Source: an uncultured bacterium
GTDB lineage: Bacteria; Pseudomonadota; Gammaproteobacteria; Burkholderiales; JACQAP01
NCBI GenBank assembly: GCA_965233135.1
Contig: CBDDRM010000028.1
Span: 28,765 to 92,764 of the forward strand
DNA: 64,000 bases
Direction of reading: 5' to 3'
Part shown: piece by piece, positions 1 to 11,348 of the stretch
Position numbering within the stretch: position 1 is the stretch's first letter
How the letters are laid out: every line of letters starts with the position of its first letter
Position numbers and translations under genes: made by a program
Notes under the pieces: generated by a model
Seen by the model: the letters and a program-made list of their open reading frames with translations, nothing else
Told to the model about the DNA's origin: nothing
Database searches by the model: none

Positions 1-871
<871 letters not shown>

Positions 872-1006
872 TTAGTAATAATATGATTTATAAGTAAAAA
901 CTCTACGGAACTTTTGGCATTGCGGGCACTCTGATACTGCAGACAGCAATGTCTCCCGCTTCTCCTCCCTGAGCGGGTGCCTTAATCCAATTGAGGCTTT
1001 GCTTGA

Positions 1007-1046
1007 CCCCCCGGTTTTAGTCCCCTTTAACCGGGGGTTTTTTATT
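1007..1046 (+). terminator. Rho-independent terminator oriented on the plus strand, abutting the engB stop codon
   Basis: Stem cccccggtt (1008-1016) pairs with aaccggggg (1029-1037) across a 12-nt loop, followed by ttttttattt. The U-tract lies only on the plus strand. On the minus strand the hairpin is followed by gtcaagc. Confidence 0.6.
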
Positions 1047-1670
1047 TCAGCCCGAGCTACCGCCGGTTGCGTCAGGTGCATACCAGCGATTAAGCACCGC
1101 CTCGGCTTCCTCCAGACCGATTTTTGCCTGTGCCGAAAACAACTGCACCGTGACGCCCGGGAATTCGAGGTCAAGCGTCCTCGCAGTCGAGCGTAGTTGT
1201 CCCGTTGCCTGCTGGCGCCCTAATTTGTCGGCTTTGGTCAGCAGAACATGGGCGGGCTTTCCGGTATTTGAAAACCATCCCAGAAGCTGCCAATCGAGAT
1301 CCTTCATCGGATGGCGGATATCCATGACTACGATAAGGCCCTGCAACTGCGGGCGCAACTGCAGATACCCCGAAATGAGTTGCTCCCAATCGTTGCGCAT
1401 TCCCCGCGGAACTTTGGCATAGCCATAACCCGGCAGGTCGACCAGAAAACGCTCTGCGCCCAAACTGAAGAAATTGATCTGCTGCGTGCGCCCGGGCGTC
1501 TTGCTGACGAACGCTAACCGGTGGCGCCGTGCGAGCGCATTGATGGCACTTGATTTGCCCGCATTCGAGCGCCCTGCGATCGCGACTTCGACTTGCGAAG
1601 CGGGCAAGCCGCTTTCATCCGCCGCCGAGGTAAAGAACGCAATGTCCCGAAACAGCCCTGAATGGCTCAT
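1047..1670 (-). CDS. engB: Ribosome-biogenesis GTPase EngB/YihA (YsxC)
   Basis: 207-aa ORF with a P-loop (GRSNAGKSSAINAL), DLPGYGYA (G3) and LTKADK (G4). Its divergent arrangement with cytochrome c4 is classic proteobacterial synteny. Confidence 0.9.
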   Translation of the reverse strand: MSHSGLFRDIAFFTSAADESGLPASQVEVAIAGRSNAGKSSAINALARRHRLAFVSKTPGRTQQINFFSLGAERFLVDLPGYGYAKVPRGMRNDWEQLISGYLQLRPQLQGLIVVMDIRHPMKDLDWQLLGWFSNTGKPAHVLLTKADKLGRQQATGQLRSTARTLDLEFPGVTVQLFSAQAKIGLEEAEAVLNRWYAPDATGGSSG

Positions 1671-1739
1671 GAGTTAAGTTAAAATGATTGTCCGTCAGGG
1701 CCGTTGTGGTGCCTGGCCTCGCGGCAATCAGGAGCATTC

Positions 1740-2348
1740 ATGATTCGTAGTATTGCGACATTCGTCGCCCTCGCAGCCCTATTCAACACAGTTGCTCATG
1801 GCGCCGGCGATCCCGCCAAGGCACAGCCGATCGCCAGCCAGGTTTGCGCGGCGTGTCACGGCGTCGACGGCAATAGCCCGCTTTCCATGAATCCCAGCCT
1901 CGCAGGTCAGCATGAGCCGTATTTGCTCAAACAGCTTATCGAATACAAATCCGGAAAGCGCAACAATCCGATCATGATGGGCATTGCGGCCAATTTATCG
2001 GAGGACGATATGCGCAACCTTGCCGCTTACTATGCTTCGCGCACGCCAAGACCCATGGCCGCCAGGGACAAGGAACTGGTGGAACAGGGTCGCAAGCTTT
2101 ATCGGGCGGGCGATGCGTCGAACGCGACAGCCGCCTGCGCCGGCTGTCACTCGCCCAACGGCGCCGGAATCCCGGCCATGTATCCCCGCCTTGCCGGTCA
2201 GCACGCCGATTACGTCGCCACCCAGTTGAAGGCATTTCGCGCCGGTGAGCGCGCCAACGATCCAAATCAGATGATGCGCGCGAGCGCAAGCAAGCTTTCC
2301 GACCGGGACATTGCGGCGCTGGCAGAATACATTTCCGGACTGCATTAA
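1740..2348 (+). CDS. Diheme cytochrome c4
   Basis: It has two CxxCH haem motifs (CAACHG and CAGCHS) and a signal peptide MIRSIATFVALAALFNTVAHGA. I took the ATG at 1740, which follows a caggag RBS, rather than the TTG at 1704. Confidence 0.88.
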   Translation: MIRSIATFVALAALFNTVAHGAGDPAKAQPIASQVCAACHGVDGNSPLSMNPSLAGQHEPYLLKQLIEYKSGKRNNPIMMGIAANLSEDDMRNLAAYYASRTPRPMAARDKELVEQGRKLYRAGDASNATAACAGCHSPNGAGIPAMYPRLAGQHADYVATQLKAFRAGERANDPNQMMRASASKLSDRDIAALAEYISGLH

Positions 2349-2361
2349 GCGGCGCCGGCGC

Positions 2362-3651
2362 TCATTTGCCCGCGGCTTGCTCGAATACCGCTTGCGCGGC
2401 GCCAATGGTCGCTTCAATCTCGGCAGTTCCATGCGCGGCGGACACAAAACCCGCCTCGAAGGCCGACGGCGCGAAGTACACCCCCTGCGACAGCAGCGCA
2501 TGATAAAAACGGTTGAACGCCGTCTTGTCGCACTCCATGACTTGCGCATAGGTTTCGGGGGGCTTGTCGCGAAAATATACGCCGAACATACCGCCGACCG
2601 ATTGCGCCGACATGCTGATGCCGCGTTGCCGTGCGGCGGATTCGAGCCCTTCAACGAGCTTCGTCGTCATCGCAGACAGTCTTTCGAAAAATCCGGGGGA
2701 TTGAACAAGTTTCAGCGTCGCCAATCCTGCTGCGACCGCGACCGGATTTCCTGACAAGGTGCCCGCCTGATAAACGGGACCGAGCGGCGCAATCGATTGC
2801 ATGATGTCGCGCCGGCCGCCGAACGCGCCCACCGGCATGCCTCCTCCGATGACCTTGCCAAGCGTCGTCAGATCCGGCGTGATATCGAACAAGCCCTGCG
2901 CACCGCGCAATCCCACGCGAAAGCCCGTCATGACTTCATCGAAAATCAGCAACGCGCCGTATCTGGTGCACAGCGCTCGCATCGCATCGAGGAAAGGCTT
3001 TGTGGGTCGGACCAGATTCATATTGCCGGCCACCGGCTCGACGATGATCGCCGCGATCTGGTCGCCTTGCGTGCGGAACGCTGATTCGAGCATGCCCGCG
3101 TCGTTGTAATCGAGTACCAGAGTGTGCGCCGTAACCTCCACCGGCACCCCGGCGGAACTGGGCTGCCCAAGGGTCAGCGCGCCCGATCCCGCTTTGACCA
3201 GCAGCGCGTCCGCATGACCGTGATAACAGCCCTCGAACTTGATGATCTTCGATCGTCCGGTGAAGCCGCGCGCAAGCCGGATAGCCGTCATGGTCGCCTC
3301 GGTGCCGGAACTCACCAGGCGCACCTGTTCCATGGAGGGCAGGCAGCGCGTGAGGCATTCCGCCATTTCAAGTTCGGCTTCGGTCGGCGCGCCGAAACTC
3401 AGTCCGCGCCCGGCTGCCGCGCGCACCGCTTCCACGACTTGAGGATGTGCGTGGCCGAGCACCAATGGCCCCCACGAACCCACGTAGTCGATGTAACGAC
3501 GCCCATCGGCATCCCAGGCATAAGGGCCTTCGCCGCGCGCGAAGAAAACCGGCGTGCCGCCGACGGAACGAAATGCCCGTACCGGCGAATTGACGCCCCC
3601 GGGGATTACGCGCAGGGATTTCTCAAACAATTCTTCGTTCTTCGAGGTCAC
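2362..3651 (-). CDS. hemL: Glutamate-1-semialdehyde 2,1-aminomutase
   Basis: 429-aa ORF with the HemL N-terminus ([23 protein letters not shown]), YVGSWGP and [10 protein letters not shown], followed by the GKVIGGG PLP-lysine region. Confidence 0.95.
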   Translation of the reverse strand: MTSKNEELFEKSLRVIPGGVNSPVRAFRSVGGTPVFFARGEGPYAWDADGRRYIDYVGSWGPLVLGHAHPQVVEAVRAAAGRGLSFGAPTEAELEMAECLTRCLPSMEQVRLVSSGTEATMTAIRLARGFTGRSKIIKFEGCYHGHADALLVKAGSGALTLGQPSSAGVPVEVTAHTLVLDYNDAGMLESAFRTQGDQIAAIIVEPVAGNMNLVRPTKPFLDAMRALCTRYGALLIFDEVMTGFRVGLRGAQGLFDITPDLTTLGKVIGGGMPVGAFGGRRDIMQSIAPLGPVYQAGTLSGNPVAVAAGLATLKLVQSPGFFERLSAMTTKLVEGLESAARQRGISMSAQSVGGMFGVYFRDKPPETYAQVMECDKTAFNRFYHALLSQGVYFAPSAFEAGFVSAAHGTAEIEATIGAAQAVFEQAAGK

Positions 3652-3660
3652 AATGGAATC

Positions 3661-4296
3661 TCAGATTGGATGGCTGGCGTTGAACAGACGCGAAAAACGC
3701 TGCGCCTGGGCTTCGATGTCCGGGGCTTCAAACAATGCGCTGATCACCGCTATGGCGCTGGCGCCCGCCGCAATCAGAGTGCGGGCATTGCGCTCGTCGA
3801 TGCCACCGATGGCGACGATTGGAACATCGAGCTCCGACGATGCCTGGCGCAAAGTTTTCGTGTCTGCCCGCACGGCCAGCGGTTTGGTGGCGGATGGGAA
3901 AAAACTTCCGAATGCCACGTAGTCGGCTCCGCTCGATACGGCACTTCTGGCCAACGCCACGTCGTTGTAACAGGATACCCCGATGAGTTTTCCCGGGCCC
4001 AAGGCAATACGCGCCGCGCGCACGTTCGTGTCCTGCTTGCCCAGATGCACGCCATCGGCGTCAACCTGTTGCGCAAGCTCTACGCTGTCGTTGACGATGA
4101 ACAGCACATCCCGGGCGCGGCACGCTTGCGCTATTGCCGCAGCCTGGCTGCGACACAACGCAGTGTCGATGGATTTCGTGCGGTATTGAATAACTTGCGC
4201 TCCGCCTCGCAGCGCCGCCTCGACTTTGCGAATCAACGCGCCGCCGTCCGCCAATTCCGGAGTAACGGCGTAAAGGCCCTTAACTTGCCTGTTCAT
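3661..4296 (-). CDS. thiE: Thiamine-phosphate synthase
   Basis: The C-terminal 211 aa of ORF 3661..4437 match ThiE: GLYAVTPE, DGVHLGKQD and PIVAIGGI. The ATG at 4296 overlaps the thiD stop by 17 nt, giving a thiD-thiE operon. Confidence 0.85.
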   Translation of the reverse strand: MNRQVKGLYAVTPELADGGALIRKVEAALRGGAQVIQYRTKSIDTALCRSQAAAIAQACRARDVLFIVNDSVELAQQVDADGVHLGKQDTNVRAARIALGPGKLIGVSCYNDVALARSAVSSGADYVAFGSFFPSATKPLAVRADTKTLRQASSELDVPIVAIGGIDERNARTLIAAGASAIAVISALFEAPDIEAQAQRFSRLFNASHPI

Positions 4297-5116
4297 CCTC
4301 CGCGTCTTCCTCCCGCGCCCAGAACAATCGATCCGGCACCAACTGTCCCATTCCGGTGCGATACGCGTGCTTGAGCGTTTGCCAGGTATATTCCTGTGCA
4401 TCGCGAACCGCTTCCGGTATTGAAAGACCGTTGGCAATCGTCGCCGCTATGGCGGCCGCCAGGGTGCATCCCGACCCGTGATACGTCCCCGGCAGGCGCT
4501 GCCATGAATCCGTCCGCACGATGCCTTCCTGCCCATACAGCGTGTTGACTACCTGCGAAGTATTTTCGTGCGTTCCCGTGATGAGCAGGTATTCGCATCC
4601 GAGCTTCAATATCCGGCGCGCGCACTCGTCGAGATCCGGGTCGTCGTCTTCCTCCGCCTCGTCATCCTGCGCGAGTCGACGAACCTCGAGACTGTTGGGA
4701 GCGATCAGCGTCGTCTGCGGAATCAGCAGTTCACGCATGGCCGAGATGAGATCGTCCGAAGCCAGCTCGTCACCGCGCCCTGAGGCTAGGATAGGATCGA
4801 GCACCAATGGAATATCAGGATAGTCGGAGACCACTTCCGCAATCGCCGCTACCGCTTCGACGCTTCCCAGCAGGCCGATCTTGAACACTGCGACGGGCAC
4901 ATCTTCGAGAACACATCGCGCCTGATCGGCCACCCATTCCGCATCGATTGGAAGCATATCCTCGACGCCCATCGTGTCCTGAATGGTAATGGCGGTGACC
5001 ACGGACATGGCATGGCATCCCATGCTGGACAGCGTGAGGACATCCGCCTGCATGCCGGCGCCGCCACTGGGATCGGTGCCGGAAAATACGAGAACGATGG
5101 GGGGCGATGCAGGCAC
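4280..5116 (-). CDS. thiD: Hydroxymethylpyrimidine/phosphomethylpyrimidine kinase
   Basis: 278-aa ORF with VLVFSGTDPSGGAGMQADV, KIGLLGS and GTYHGSGCTLAAAIAA, the ribokinase-like ThiD motifs. It has a GTG start. Confidence 0.9.
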   Translation of the reverse strand: MPASPPIVLVFSGTDPSGGAGMQADVLTLSSMGCHAMSVVTAITIQDTMGVEDMLPIDAEWVADQARCVLEDVPVAVFKIGLLGSVEAVAAIAEVVSDYPDIPLVLDPILASGRGDELASDDLISAMRELLIPQTTLIAPNSLEVRRLAQDDEAEEDDDPDLDECARRILKLGCEYLLITGTHENTSQVVNTLYGQEGIVRTDSWQRLPGTYHGSGCTLAAAIAATIANGLSIPEAVRDAQEYTWQTLKHAYRTGMGQLVPDRLFWAREEDAEDEQAS

Positions 5117-5178
5117 GGCGTGTGAGTCAGGGCGGTTTCGAACTAAAATAGAAGTTTAACCGAAAAGCACTGCATCCC

Positions 5179-5367
5179 ATGGCCGCGAACGACGACCAAG
5201 AATACAAGACCTATATGTGTTTGATCTGCGGTTTCATCTACGACGAAGCGGCCGGCCTTCCAGAAGAAGGCATTCCTGCCGGCACCCGATGGGACGACGT
5301 ACCTGTCAACTGGGTGTGTCCGGAATGCGGGGCCCGCAAGGAAGACTTCGAACTCGTCGAAATCTAG
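5179..5367 (+). CDS. Rubredoxin
   Basis: 62-aa ORF with the two Cys pairs [10 protein letters not shown] and [13 protein letters not shown]. Confidence 0.9.
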   Translation: MAANDDQEYKTYMCLICGFIYDEAAGLPEEGIPAGTRWDDVPVNWVCPECGARKEDFELVEI

Positions 5368-5378
5368 GACAGGCGAAC

Positions 5379-5765
5379 ATGCGAATGCTCCATACCATGC
5401 TGCGGGTTGGCGATCTCAAGCGATCGATCAGCTTCTACACCGACGTCCTCGGCATGCAATTGCTGCGGCAGAAGGATTACCCCGAGGGCCGGTTCACCCT
5501 GGCGTTCGTCGGTTACGGTCCCGAAGACAAGGAAGCCGTGCTCGAGCTTACGCATAATTGGGACACGACCAAATATGATCTGGGCAACGGCTACGGTCAC
5601 ATCGCGCTGGAAGTGCCCGATGCCTACAAGGCCTGCGAGGAGGTAAAAAAACGCGGAGGCAGGGTGACTCGCGAAGCCGGGCCGATGAAACACGGCACGA
5701 CGGTGATAGCTTTCGTGGAGGATCCCGACGGCTACAAGATAGAATTCATCCAGCGCAAGGTTTAG
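5379..5765 (+). CDS. gloA: Lactoylglutathione lyase (glyoxalase I)
   Basis: The internal ATG at 5379 of ORF 5217..5765 gives [26 protein letters not shown]...ELTHNW...GYGHIALEV...[15 protein letters not shown]. This resembles GloA along its full length, 128 aa. Confidence 0.9.
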   Translation: MRMLHTMLRVGDLKRSISFYTDVLGMQLLRQKDYPEGRFTLAFVGYGPEDKEAVLELTHNWDTTKYDLGNGYGHIALEVPDAYKACEEVKKRGGRVTREAGPMKHGTTVIAFVEDPDGYKIEFIQRKV

Positions 5766-6556
5766 GAGCGGATGCCCTCGTCCGTCTCGGCGATCAAGTT
5801 CGCGAGGCGGACGAAGTCCGCGACCCCAAGCGTCTCTCCGCGTGCAGACGGATCGATCTGCAGGCGCTCGAAATCCGCGGCCGCCAGTTGCGCACGCAGG
5901 GTATTGCGCAGCGTCTTGCGTCTCTGGCCGAACGCGCGCATGACCACATCGGCAAAGACGCGCTCATCGCGCGCCCGATGCGGCAGCACCTTGTGCGGAA
6001 TCAGCCGAACCAGCGCCGACCATACTTTTGGCGCCGGACGGAATGCCGACGGCGCAACTTCCAGCAGCGCATCGACGACCCAGCGATACTGCAGCATGAC
6101 CGATAACCGACCGTACTCGGGAGTGCCGGGAAGTGCACTCATGCGCTCGACGACCTCTCGTTGCAGCATGAAATGCGCGTCGCGCACGGACCCCGCGTGC
6201 GCCGTTAAATGGAATAACAGCGGCGTGGAAATGTTGTAAGGCAGGTTGCCCACTACGCGCAGATCCCGACCCAGGGAAGAAAAATTGAATGACAGCGCGT
6301 CGCCGTCGTGTATCGTCAGCCTATGGGGCGGATGGCGGCTGCGCAGATGCTGCACCAGATCACGGTCGATCTCGATAACGTCGAGGTGCGGCAGGCGCTG
6401 CAGGAGCGGCGTGGTGAGGGCGCCCAAACCGGGACCAATCTCGACAAAGCGTTCGCCAGCCAGCGGCCGAAGCGCTGCAAGCAACTGCTCGACGACCTGT
6501 GGATCTTCCAGAAAATTCTGGCCGAAACGCTTGCGCGGCCGATGCACACTCAGCAT
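5762..6556 (-). CDS. rsmA: 16S rRNA (adenine1518/1519-N6)-dimethyltransferase
   Basis: 264-aa ORF with [21 protein letters not shown] and [10 protein letters not shown]. Confidence 0.95.
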   Translation of the reverse strand: MLSVHRPRKRFGQNFLEDPQVVEQLLAALRPLAGERFVEIGPGLGALTTPLLQRLPHLDVIEIDRDLVQHLRSRHPPHRLTIHDGDALSFNFSSLGRDLRVVGNLPYNISTPLLFHLTAHAGSVRDAHFMLQREVVERMSALPGTPEYGRLSVMLQYRWVVDALLEVAPSAFRPAPKVWSALVRLIPHKVLPHRARDERVFADVVMRAFGQRRKTLRNTLRAQLAAADFERLQIDPSARGETLGVADFVRLANLIAETDEGIRS

Positions 6557-6660
6557 GCGCTTATCAGCTCGTTTGCGTCTTCCGGCACAAAAGACCCCCT
6601 GCGTCCGGTCAAAGTGTTGACTTTCGACTCACCGCCTCGGGCTTGCATTGCACACGCCGA

Positions 6661-7977
6661 TCAGCGCTCATCCATGCGCAATTCCACATAAGCGCGGTCG
6701 CGCTGCTGGCGCACCCATTCCTGGTACGCCTCGTCAGCCTTGCGGGTACGGATCGCCTGTCGCGCCAATACCCGCTGACGTTCCTTGGACAAGTCCTCGC
6801 TGCGGCGCTCGATCACCTGAATGAGGTGCCAGCCAAACGGACTTTGCACCGGGTCACTCACCTCCCCAGGCTCGAGTCCGTTCATGGCGCGTTCGAATTC
6901 CGGCACGGTATCCCCGGGCGACAGCCATCCCAGATCGCCCCCGCGTGAAGCGCTGGCATCCTCGGATTGCAAGCGCGCCAGCTCCGAGAAGCTGGTTCCG
7001 TTCTCGATGCGTTCCTTAAGATTGTTCAGGCGCTGCTTCGCTTCGTTCTCGGAGACGACTTCATTGAGCCGTATCAGGATATGTCTCGCACGCGTCTGCT
7101 GGATGATGACCGGGGAGTCGTTGCCGCGTTTATCCGCCAGCTTGATGATGTGGAAACCGTTCGCGCTGCGCAGCACCGGGCTCACATCACCCACCTTCAT
7201 GGCTTTGACCGAATCCACGAAAATCTGCGGAAGCCGCGAAGCGGTCCGCCATCCCAACGGGCCGCCGTCGAGCGCGTTTTGCGCATCGGACACGCCGGCC
7301 GATACCTGGCGAAAATCCGCTCCGCCTTTGAGCTGTGCGAGCGCCTTATCGGCAATGACGCGTTTGGCCTGAATCTGCTCGGGGCTGGCCTGCTCGGGCA
7401 CCAGGATCAGAATGTGCGAAAGGCTGTATTCATCGTCCTTGCCGGCCTGGCCTTGCTGGTTCTTCAGGTAGTTGTCGATCTCAGCCTCGGTGATCAGGAT
7501 CTTGCTATCGACTTCGCGCTCTTTGAGCCTAGCTATCAGTATCTCGTTGCGCAGTTCTTCGCGAAAGCGGTTGAAATCGATGCCCTCGGCTTCAAGAGTC
7601 TTGCGGAAGGCATCCGGAGTTGTCTTGTTTTCCTGGGCGATACGATCGATCGAGCGCTGCAACTGGGTGTCGTCGACCCGCAATCCGGTTTCCTTGGCAC
7701 TTTGCGCCAGCACTTTAGCGGTGATCAGCCGCTCAAGCAGTTGCCGCTCCAGAACCTCACGCGCGGGCAATGGCGTGCCCTGGCGGTTGAGCTGTTGCAG
7801 TGCGACCTTGACTTGCTCATCGAGGTCGAGCCGTGTGACGACCTCGGTATTGACGACCGCAATGACTCGATCCAGCGGCATGATGTCAACGCTCTTGCGC
7901 GCCTCCTGCGCGGCTGTGAGCGGCGCCGCAAGGCACAAGACCAGATTCAGCGCGACAGCGCGCATTGGGATGTTCAT
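6661..7977 (-). CDS. surA: Periplasmic chaperone / peptidyl-prolyl isomerase SurA
   Basis: 438-aa ORF with a signal peptide and two parvulin domains (HILI...GGDLGW...FGWHLIQV). It lies directly downstream of lptD. Confidence 0.9.
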   Translation of the reverse strand: MNIPMRAVALNLVLCLAAPLTAAQEARKSVDIMPLDRVIAVVNTEVVTRLDLDEQVKVALQQLNRQGTPLPAREVLERQLLERLITAKVLAQSAKETGLRVDDTQLQRSIDRIAQENKTTPDAFRKTLEAEGIDFNRFREELRNEILIARLKEREVDSKILITEAEIDNYLKNQQGQAGKDDEYSLSHILILVPEQASPEQIQAKRVIADKALAQLKGGADFRQVSAGVSDAQNALDGGPLGWRTASRLPQIFVDSVKAMKVGDVSPVLRSANGFHIIKLADKRGNDSPVIIQQTRARHILIRLNEVVSENEAKQRLNNLKERIENGTSFSELARLQSEDASASRGGDLGWLSPGDTVPEFERAMNGLEPGEVSDPVQSPFGWHLIQVIERRSEDLSKERQRVLARQAIRTRKADEAYQEWVRQQRDRAYVELRMDER

Positions 7978-8046
7978 GTTTTGTTCACGTCTCGCGATAT
8001 GGATGGTTGCGACATAGACACTGGCCCTGCGCTGGGCGTTCCCGCG

Positions 8047-10263
8047 TCAAAAGGCGGGAAAGGGGTTGAAATCGGATGGGACAGTCCGGTTCGTTTTCTC
8101 GTATCCCGTTATGTTTTGCCGCAACACTTCGAGCGGGCTCGATCCGATTTGCGAGATCCCGGTCAACTCGAGCTGCAGGAACATCGCATTCACATACTCT
8201 TGCGTCGCGCTGACAAATCGATGCACAACGAATCGCGCCGCCCAGCATCCGGCATTGTACTCGAGCCCAAGGAGCCCCTCCAGCAGGCTGCGATCGCGTA
8301 ATGTGTAGTTGTAGCGCGCGAGCCCGCTCCAGCGTCCGCCCAACGGCCACTGCGTCGACAAGTCCACCTGCTCCAGCAACTCTCGCGTATACCGATAGCC
8401 GAAGTTCACCACTTTTCCGATTTCGGGCTGATAACGCAGCACCGCATTGCTGCGCTCGACGCGATTACTCAGGGTGCTGTACTGCATTCCGAGATCGGTA
8501 AACCAGCGCTTCGTGATCTGGCCTGTAGCCGCAGCGAGCAGGTCGGTATTCTGCGCATCGGGCGCCCCGGGCGTGAGCGACACGCGCTGCGTTTGAAAGT
8601 AGTAGCGCTGACCCAGCGTGAAGCGCAACTGTTCATCCCCCGTATCGGGATCGATCAACCGGCTGGTAATGGCGGCCGTCAGCTGATTCGCATCATTGAT
8701 GCGATCACCGCCGGTAAACTGGTTTTCCGTAAAGATCTGTGCAAGATTGAAGTCGGCCAGCGCGGAGTCGAAATTCGGCAGGTCATCCTGCGGCCGGTAG
8801 GGAATGTAGACATAGTACAGTCGGGGCTCCAGCGTTTGCAGAAAGGCACGCCCCCAGACGGAAGTTTCTCGCTCGAAAGTCAGCCCGCTGTCCAGACTGT
8901 AGATAGGCAAATGCCGCGAGGCGTCGGTACCCGCGGCATCTTCCAGAGAATAACTCGTGGTGTGATATCCGATTTTGGGCGTTATGTAGAAAAAGGACGT
9001 CTGGTAAGGCGCGCGGATCGAGGGATAGAGGATTTGCCGCGCGCCAGTGATCAGCGTCGGATGGGAGAACTGCACGTACTCGCCTTGCAGGCCCAGATCG
9101 AGATGCGCGCCCTCCTGCCGGTTCATGTTCAGCGTAATCTGAGGCACCCGGGCGTAAGGGGGTACGACAGGAGCCAGCGGGTCCTGCAAAGTCTGGAAGC
9201 GCTGGACGCGGGTATTCAGGTTCCACCAGCCTCCGTCATAAAACATCGCGCCTTCGCGGGTCAGGTTGACTTGCGAGGTGACGGCGATCTTGTCGCTCAG
9301 ATCGGTAAAGTAAGCATCGTCGGAAACGCCCTGAAGATCGACATGCCCGGAAAATCCGTTGCCGAAATTTTGATAGTGTTGCCATAAGTAACCATAGCGC
9401 GATTCCCTCTTTTCGCGGTCATCGGGCAGATACTCGCCACGGATCTCGCCCCTGAGTTCGGGCTCCAGGTAACGAAAATCACCGTTCATCAGCACGCCTC
9501 GCTTGGCAAGAATGCGCGGGGCGATGGTAGCGTCCATGTTAGGCGCGATATTCCAGTAAAACGGCTGCGTGTACTCGAATCCGCTGCGTCCGGTGCTGCC
9601 GATGGTCGGTGGAAGCAGTCCGCTCTTGCGCCGGCCGCTCAGCGAGAAATCCAGATAAGGCGAATAAAGGATCGGGATACCCTTGAACACTACCGTGGCG
9701 TTGCGGGCCACGCCGATGTCACGGGTGCGATCGAGCTCCAGCCGATCGATGCGCATGAACCAGTCATCGTCGCCGACGTCGCAATTCGTGTAGGTGGCTT
9801 TGTCGATCTTGTAAACGTCGGCGCTCTCGGCAACCAGTCGTCTGGCGTCCCCACGCGCACCGTAGCGGCCCAGTCCATAAGCGGGCTTGTCGATGAATCC
9901 GCTGTCGCTGTCCAAGTCATAAAACAACCGGTCTCCGGTCACAACATCGCCGTCTTTCTCGAAACGCAAATGCCCCGTCGCGGTCACTTGCTTCTCGGGA
10001 ATCAAAAGGTGCAGCTGATCCGAAAACACGGCCATACCGCGTTTGCGCAGCCTCACACTGCCCGTGGCCTCCAGCTCCTGATCCTGCCTTCCTTCGATCT
10101 GATCGGCGTCGAGAAACAGGTCGGATGGTTCGTCCCCGCCCTGCGAGTAAGGAATCAGCTCCGGCTGCAGGCGCAACTTCAGGCCGAGGTCATCGGCGCT
10201 CGCGTCGCAAACGCCAAACAGGATCAACAAGAAAACCAGCAGATTGGTGCGAAAGCGAGGCAT
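8047..10263 (-). CDS. lptD: LPS-assembly outer-membrane protein LptD
   Basis: 738-aa ORF with a signal peptide, an OstA N-terminal region and a long beta-barrel rich in aromatic residues. The lptD-surA-rsmA synteny supports the call. Confidence 0.9.
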   Translation of the reverse strand: MPRFRTNLLVFLLILFGVCDASADDLGLKLRLQPELIPYSQGGDEPSDLFLDADQIEGRQDQELEATGSVRLRKRGMAVFSDQLHLLIPEKQVTATGHLRFEKDGDVVTGDRLFYDLDSDSGFIDKPAYGLGRYGARGDARRLVAESADVYKIDKATYTNCDVGDDDWFMRIDRLELDRTRDIGVARNATVVFKGIPILYSPYLDFSLSGRRKSGLLPPTIGSTGRSGFEYTQPFYWNIAPNMDATIAPRILAKRGVLMNGDFRYLEPELRGEIRGEYLPDDREKRESRYGYLWQHYQNFGNGFSGHVDLQGVSDDAYFTDLSDKIAVTSQVNLTREGAMFYDGGWWNLNTRVQRFQTLQDPLAPVVPPYARVPQITLNMNRQEGAHLDLGLQGEYVQFSHPTLITGARQILYPSIRAPYQTSFFYITPKIGYHTTSYSLEDAAGTDASRHLPIYSLDSGLTFERETSVWGRAFLQTLEPRLYYVYIPYRPQDDLPNFDSALADFNLAQIFTENQFTGGDRINDANQLTAAITSRLIDPDTGDEQLRFTLGQRYYFQTQRVSLTPGAPDAQNTDLLAAATGQITKRWFTDLGMQYSTLSNRVERSNAVLRYQPEIGKVVNFGYRYTRELLEQVDLSTQWPLGGRWSGLARYNYTLRDRSLLEGLLGLEYNAGCWAARFVVHRFVSATQEYVNAMFLQLELTGISQIGSSPLEVLRQNITGYEKTNRTVPSDFNPFPAF

Positions 10264-10329
10264 GCGCGGTGTTGATCGAGGCGAGATGCTAAAATCTCAT
10301 AAATCATCTCTCATGGCAACGAAGCAGCT

Positions 10330-11322
10330 TTGGATCGATACGCGCTCGTTCAGCAGTGGCTCGCCCAACAGCTTCCGGGGCGTACTTTTTCTCTGGCACC
10401 AGCTTCCTCGGATGCAAGCTTTCGACGTTATTTCCGCGTGACGCTGCCCGACACGACACTCATTGTCATGGACGCGCCGCCTCCCCAGGAAGATTGCCGT
10501 CCCTTCATCCACGTTGCCGGACTGATGTCCGCCGCGGGGCTGAATGTTCCCACCTTGCTCGCGCACGATGTCGAGCAGGGCTTCATCCTAATGAGCGACC
10601 TGGGGCCAACCACCTATCTTGCGGCACTCGACGAGAACAATGCCGACAGTTTGTTTCGCGATGCCATCGACGCACTGATCCGCTGGCAACTCGCCAGCCG
10701 CGAAGGCATATTGCCGGCCTACGATGAGGCGCTGCTGCGGCGCGAACTCGATCTGTTTCCCGACTGGTACGTTCGCCGCCACCTGGGCCTGGAATTGGAC
10801 GAACGCCAGCGCCAGGCGCTCGAAGGCGTGTTCAAACTCATTCTCGCCAACAACCTGGCCCAGCCCAGGACGTACGTGCACCGCGACTACATGCCGCGCA
10901 ACTTGATGCGGACCGATCCCAATCCCGGTGTGCTCGACTTTCAGGACGCCGTGTACGGGCCGATCAGCTACGACGTCGCGTCCCTGTTCAAGGATGCGTT
11001 CGTCAGCTGGCCCGAGCAGCGCGTGCTGGATTGGACGATTCGTTACTGGGAGCAAGCCCGCACGGCAGGACTACCGGTCAGGAGAGACTTTGGCGACTTT
11101 TACCGCGATTTCGAATGGATGGGCTTGCAGCGCCATCTGAAAGTCCTGGGGATTTTCGCGCGCATCTGCCATCGCGATGGCAAACCAGCTTACGTCAAGG
11201 ATACGCCGCGCTTCCTCGGCTACGTACGTGCGGTGGCGCAACGCTATTCGAACCTTGCGCCGCTGGCGCAATTGCTCGATCAGATTTCCCACCGCGAACC
11301 AGCGCCGGGGTGCGCGTTCTGA
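10330..11322 (+). CDS. amgK: Anomeric MurNAc/GlcNAc kinase (aminoglycoside-phosphotransferase fold)
   Basis: 330-aa ORF with a TTG start, carrying ASSDASFRRYFRV and the APH-type catalytic HRDYMPRNLM. It is divergent from lptD and directly upstream of a MurU-like gene, as in Pseudomonas. Confidence 0.72.
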   Translation: MDRYALVQQWLAQQLPGRTFSLAPASSDASFRRYFRVTLPDTTLIVMDAPPPQEDCRPFIHVAGLMSAAGLNVPTLLAHDVEQGFILMSDLGPTTYLAALDENNADSLFRDAIDALIRWQLASREGILPAYDEALLRRELDLFPDWYVRRHLGLELDERQRQALEGVFKLILANNLAQPRTYVHRDYMPRNLMRTDPNPGVLDFQDAVYGPISYDVASLFKDAFVSWPEQRVLDWTIRYWEQARTAGLPVRRDFGDFYRDFEWMGLQRHLKVLGIFARICHRDGKPAYVKDTPRFLGYVRAVAQRYSNLAPLAQLLDQISHREPAPGCAF

Positions 11323-11348
11323 GCAGCGCGGATGCATCGTTCGTGGCC

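Noticed and set aside
5117-5178. A TPP riboswitch upstream of thiD-thiE.
   Set aside because: Only 62 bp separate the thiD start from the divergent rubredoxin gene. I could not find the conserved CUGAGA / ACCUGA TPP-element blocks there.
6557-6660. Absence of pdxA between surA and rsmA, which breaks the classical lptD-surA-pdxA-rsmA operon.
   Set aside because: Only 104 bp lie between the two genes, and there is no pdxA remnant in any frame. pdxA is located elsewhere in many lineages, so this is a synteny variant rather than an anomaly.
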